64,000 nt of DNA. Source: Anaeromyxobacteraceae bacterium. GTDB taxonomy: Bacteria; Myxococcota; Myxococcia; Myxococcales; Anaeromyxobacteraceae. Positions 60,292 to 64,000 of this stretch are shown piece after piece (the first letter of the stretch is position 1; each line of letters opens with the position of its first letter). Below the pieces are notes generated by a model that saw only the letters and a list, made by a program, of their open reading frames with translations, was not told the DNA's origin and did no database searches. Where the stretch lies: positions 1,632,001 through 1,696,000 of the forward strand of contig JASGHJ010000002.1 of assembly GCA_047602405.1 (NCBI GenBank), read 5' to 3'. Both the position numbers and the translations under genes were made by a program.

Positions 60292-60999
60292 ATGAACAGG
60301 ACCCTCCTCGCGTTCGCGCTCGCCGTCTCGATGGCCTCGCCCGCCGCCGCCCAGGCTCCGGCGAAGCCCGCCACGAAGAAGTCCCCCCCGACGTCCGCCA
60401 AGGCCACGGGCGGCTCGAAGGGGCAGTACGCCGTCTTCGAGACCTCCCGCGGCAAGATCGGCGTGAGGCTCCTGGCGCAGAAGGCGCCCAAGGCCGTCGA
60501 GAACTTCGTGGGGCTCGCGACCGGCGCGAAGGAGTGGAAGCATCCGGGCACGGGCGCCGCGTCGAAGGCGCCCCTCTACGACGGCACGGTCTTCCACCGC
60601 GTGATCCCCGGCTTCATGATCCAGGGCGGCGACCCCTTCACGAAGGACGCGCCGCTCGGGAAGCCCATCCCCGGCGCGGGCGCGGGCAACCCGGGCTACC
60701 AGTTCGCCGACGAGCTCGAGGGGCCGGGCGCCACCCCGTTCGCGGCCCCCTGCCAGCTCGCGATGGCGAACAGCGGCCCGAACACGAACGGCTCGCAGTT
60801 CTTCATCACCGAGGTCGTGACCCCGCACCTCAACCCGCGCGACTGCCGCGGCCAGTCGCCCTCGGGCGTCTGCGGCTACGTGCACTTCGGCGAGGGCGTC
60901 TGCGGCTGCGACCTCGTCCGCCAGATCGCCATGGCCGGGAACAACCAGGTCAGGCTCGTGAAGGTCACCATCACCGACAAGGCGCCGACCTGCCAGTGA
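60292..60999 (+). CDS. Exported cyclophilin-type peptidyl-prolyl isomerase
   Basis: Signal peptide; [30 protein letters not shown]. Confidence 0.92.
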   Translation: MNRTLLAFALAVSMASPAAAQAPAKPATKKSPPTSAKATGGSKGQYAVFETSRGKIGVRLLAQKAPKAVENFVGLATGAKEWKHPGTGAASKAPLYDGTVFHRVIPGFMIQGGDPFTKDAPLGKPIPGAGAGNPGYQFADELEGPGATPFAAPCQLAMANSGPNTNGSQFFITEVVTPHLNPRDCRGQSPSGVCGYVHFGEGVCGCDLVRQIAMAGNNQVRLVKVTITDKAPTCQ

Positions 61000-61031
61000 G
61001 CGGGTCCACGCCCATTTCACCCGGAGGCACC

Positions 61032-61550
61032 ATGGCCAACCCCACCGCGACGTTCGACACCTCGCTCGGCTCGTTCCAGGCCGAGATCTTCCTCGACAAG
61101 ATGCCCGGCACCGCGAAGAACTTCCTCGACCTCGCGAAGAGCGGGTTCTACGACGGGCTGCACTTCCACCGGGTCATCAAGGGCTTCATGATCCAGTTCG
61201 GGTGCCCGCACTCGAAGGACCCGGAGAGCCCCCGCGCCGGCACCGGCGGCCCTCCGCACGGCACCATCCCGGACGAGCACCCGGCCGACGCGAAGCTCTC
61301 GAACGAGCCGATGACGCTCTCGATGGCGAACACCGGCCGCCCGAACTCCGGCGGCTCGCAGTTCTTCATCAACACCGTCCACAACTCCTACCTGGACTGG
61401 TTCACCCCCGGCCCGTCGAAGCACCCGGTGTTCGGGAAGATCGTCTCCGGCCAGGACGTCGTGAAGAAGATCGAGACCACGCCGACGCGCCCGGGCGACC
61501 GGCCGGCGACCCCGGTGCAGGTGAAGAAGATCACGGTCGAGGGCTACTGA
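61032..61550 (+). CDS. Cytoplasmic cyclophilin-type peptidyl-prolyl isomerase
   Basis: [36 protein letters not shown]. Confidence 0.93.
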   Translation: MANPTATFDTSLGSFQAEIFLDKMPGTAKNFLDLAKSGFYDGLHFHRVIKGFMIQFGCPHSKDPESPRAGTGGPPHGTIPDEHPADAKLSNEPMTLSMANTGRPNSGGSQFFINTVHNSYLDWFTPGPSKHPVFGKIVSGQDVVKKIETTPTRPGDRPATPVQVKKITVEGY

Positions 61551-61554
61551 ATCT

Positions 61555-61715
61555 CCGGGGGCGCTCGGCGCGCCCCCGCCCCGGCGAGACGGCTCGCCGC
61601 GGCCCCACCCCTGGCAGCAAGTCTCCGGGGCCCCACCCCGGATCGGCTCCGCTTCGCTTCGCCGGGGGCATCTGACCTGGAGGCCCGGAGGCGCCAAAGC
61701 GCCTGCCGGGCCTTC
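61555..61715. repeat. Hairpin-rich REP-like intergenic element
   Basis: Two GGCCCCACCCC copies; stems CGGCGAG/CTCGCCG, TCCGGGG/CCCCGGA and AGGCCCGG-AGGCGC/GCGCCT-CCGGGCCT. Confidence 0.45.
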
Positions 61716-61734
61716 TGACGTGATAGGAAGCCGC

Positions 61735-62715
61735 GTGGCCCAGAAGAAGCCGAAGAAGAAGCCCCAGGAGAAGCAGGCCGGGAAGGCCCCGTTCCGCGCC
61801 GGGTTCGTCGCCGTCGTCGGGCGGCCGAACGTGGGCAAGTCCACGCTCCTCAACCGCATCCTCGGCGAGAAGATCGCCATCGTCAGCCCGCGCCCGCAGA
61901 CCACGCGCACCCGGATCCTCGGGATCTGGAACGGGGAGGGGGCCCAGGTGGCCTTCTTCGACACGCCGGGGCTCCACAAGGCGAAGGGCGCGCTCAACCA
62001 CCGGATGGTCGAGACGGCGCTCCAGACGCTCGGCGAGGTGGACGCGGCGCTGCTCCTCATCGAGGCCGGCACCGGCCCCGACCAGCGGGTGGAGATCGGC
62101 GAGTCGACCCGCTGGGTCATCGAGGAGGTCGCGAAGAGCGGGAAGCCCGCCATCCTCGGGATCAACAAGATGGACCGGGCCCCGCGCGAGACGCTCCTGC
62201 CGGTCATCGAGGCCTACCGCTCGCTCCACGCCTGGAGCGAGATCGCGCCGTTCTCCGCCATGACCGGGGAGAACGTCGACGCGCTCCTCGAGGTCCTCGT
62301 CCCGTACATGCCGGAGTCCGAGCAGCCGCTCTTCCCGCCCGAGGTCATGACCGACCAGGCGGAGCGGCAGATCGCGGCGGAGTACGTGCGCGAGCAGATC
62401 ATGCTGCAGACCCGCGACGAGATCCCCTACGCGACCGCCGTCGAGGTCGAGGAGTTCGACGAGTCCGATCGCCGCGAGCGCGGCGGCCTGGTCCGGATCT
62501 CCGCCCGGATCTGGGTCGAGCGCGACTCCCAGAAGGCGATCGTCATCGGCAAGGGTGGCTCGATGCTGAAGAAGGTCGGCACGAAGGCGCGCGAGGGGCT
62601 CGAGCGCCTGCTCGGCGCGAAGGTGTTCCTGAAGCTCGACGTGAAGGTCGAGGAGCGCTGGACGGAGCGCGAGGCCGCGCTGCGCCGGGTGCTGCCGGCC
62701 GGGGAGGGGCGATGA
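61735..62715 (+). CDS. era: GTPase Era
   Basis: GRPNVGKSTLLN, PQTTR, DTPG, NKMD, KH domain 'IVIGKGGSMLK'. Confidence 0.96.
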   Translation: MAQKKPKKKPQEKQAGKAPFRAGFVAVVGRPNVGKSTLLNRILGEKIAIVSPRPQTTRTRILGIWNGEGAQVAFFDTPGLHKAKGALNHRMVETALQTLGEVDAALLLIEAGTGPDQRVEIGESTRWVIEEVAKSGKPAILGINKMDRAPRETLLPVIEAYRSLHAWSEIAPFSAMTGENVDALLEVLVPYMPESEQPLFPPEVMTDQAERQIAAEYVREQIMLQTRDEIPYATAVEVEEFDESDRRERGGLVRISARIWVERDSQKAIVIGKGGSMLKKVGTKAREGLERLLGAKVFLKLDVKVEERWTEREAALRRVLPAGEGR

Positions 62716-64000
62716 GCACGAGCCCGCGCCCGGTGATCGCGCTCGTGGGCCGCCCCAACGTGGGGAAGTCCACGCTCTTCAACCGCATCGCCGGCCGCAG
62801 GGCCGCGATCGTCGAGGACCGGCCCGGCGTGACCCGGGACCGGAACTACGCCGACGCGACCTGGGACGGCCGCGCGTTCTCCATCGTGGACACCGGCGGC
62901 TTCGAGCCCGCCTCGAAGGACGCGCTCCTCACCCAGGTGCGCGACCAGGCCCGGCTCGCCGTCGAGGAGGCCGCCGCGGTGGTCCTCGTCGTGGACGGGC
63001 GCGAGGGGCTCACCTCGGTCGACGAGGCGGTCGCGAACCTGCTCCGCCGCGGCGGGAAGCCGTACTTCGTGGCGGCGAACAAGATGGACACGCCGCGCAC
63101 CGAGGAGTCCTCGCCGATCGCCGAGTTCCACCGGCTGGGCCTCGGCGACGTCTTCGGCCTCTCGGCCGAGCATGGGCGCGGCGTCGACGACCTCCTCGAC
63201 GCCGTCGTCGAGAAGCTCGCGCTCCCGAAGGAGCCCGAGCCGCCGGAGGAGGACGACGAGGAGGCCGACGAGGTCGAGGAGGTCACCGAGGACGAGCGCC
63301 CGAAGGGCGACATCCGGGTGGCCATCGTCGGGCGCCCGAACGTCGGGAAGAGGACGTTCGTGAACGCGCTCCTCGGCGAGGAGCGGTTCGTGGTCTCCGA
63401 CGTCGCGGGCACCACCCGCGACGCCATCGACACGCGCCTCGAGCGCAAGGGCCAGGCGTTCGTCGTCACCGACACCGCCGGCATCCGGAAGAAGCGCGCC
63501 GACCTTCCGGTCGAGGCCGCGTCGATCATCCGGGCCATGAAGGCCATGGACCGCGCGGAGGTGGTGGCCTGCCTCCTCGACGCGACCGAGGCCGGCGTGG
63601 AGCAGGACGCGCGCCTCCTCGGGATGGTGGTCGAGAAGGCGAAGGCCCTCCTCATCGTCGTCAACAAGTGGGACATCGCCGAGCGCGAGGGGGCGACGAA
63701 GGACTGGTACAAGAAGGAGCTCCTGAAGCGGTTCCCCTTCGCCTCCTTCGCCCCGATGCTCTTCGTGTCGGCGAAGGAGGGCCAGGGGGTCGCGAAGGTC
63801 CTCGCCGAGGCCGCCCGCCTCAGCGAGCAGTACCGGGCGCGGTTCCCCACCCGGGCGATGAACGAGCTCCTCGAGCAGCTCCAGGACGAGCACCCGGCCC
63901 CCATCGTGCGCGGGAAGCGGGTGAAGCTTCTTCTACGCGGCCCAGGTGGCCTACGCCCCGCCGACCTTCACCATCCAGTGCAGCCGGCCGGAGTCGCTGC
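62712..64000 (+). CDS. der: Ribosome biogenesis GTPase Der/EngA (partial; apparent +1 frameshift at ~63929)
   Basis: Manual translation: GRPNVGKSTLFN, PGVTRDR, DTGG, NKMD; second domain GRPNVGK, GTTRD, DTAG, NKWD. Confidence 0.95.
   Translation, partial: MSTSPRPVIALVGRPNVGKSTLFNRIAGRRAAIVEDRPGVTRDRNYADATWDGRAFSIVDTGGFEPASKDALLTQVRDQARLAVEEAAAVVLVVDGREGLTSVDEAVANLLRRGGKPYFVAANKMDTPRTEESSPIAEFHRLGLGDVFGLSAEHGRGVDDLLDAVVEKLALPKEPEPPEEDDEEADEVEEVTEDERPKGDIRVAIVGRPNVGKRTFVNALLGEERFVVSDVAGTTRDAIDTRLERKGQAFVVTDTAGIRKKRADLPVEAASIIRAMKAMDRAEVVACLLDATEAGVEQDARLLGMVVEKAKALLIVVNKWDIAEREGATKDWYKKELLKRFPFASFAPMLFVSAKEGQGVAKVLAEAARLSEQYRARFPTRAMNELLEQLQDEHPAPIVRGKRVKLLLRGPGGLRPADLHHPVQPAGVA

Noticed and set aside
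63347..63356. Catalytically altered Der GD2 P-loop (GKRT)
   Set aside because: A one-base change within the error-prone GAAGAGC motif; probably a basecalling substitution

Overview
Very GC-rich chromosomal window, most consistent with a myxobacterium of the Anaeromyxobacter type (inferred from gene content and a Myxococcus-type LexA box). Contents, left to right: SLT/TPR lytic transglycosylase, small 4-Cys protein, CAP lipoprotein, DUF721/DciA, RegB/RegA-type two-component system with thioredoxin, GGDEF and SDR proteins, a Gly/Ser-rich secreted protein, an imuA-imuB-dnaE2 mutasome cassette with a predicted LexA box, a small accessory patch (DUF4265-like, lipoprotein, GNAT, SEDS-like), class II ribonucleotide reductase (nrdJ) with tandem NrdR boxes, lepA-lepB, pyrR-pyrB-pyrC-carA, icd-mdh-sucCD-ndk, rlmN, a HARE-HTH/Mrr-fold protein, hom, glpX, eno, thiC, a leucine/acyl-CoA catabolic cluster, meaB, rnc, two cyclophilins, era and der. 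I saw no rRNA, tRNA, CRISPR array or transposase. About 11 apparent +1 frameshifts interrupt otherwise intact genes and cluster at GATC, GAAGAGC and CTGCAG, so they are probably methylation-linked long-read errors rather than pseudogenes. The most interesting candidates are: a structured, SD-sequestering leader before a small unknown ORF (49.1-49.4 kb); a long structured nrdJ leader; a tandem HARE-HTH protein with a degenerate Mrr fold; an orphan AT-rich operator island (16.7 kb); and a recurring leaderless-mRNA signature. All family assignments come from motif recognition by eye, not from database searches.
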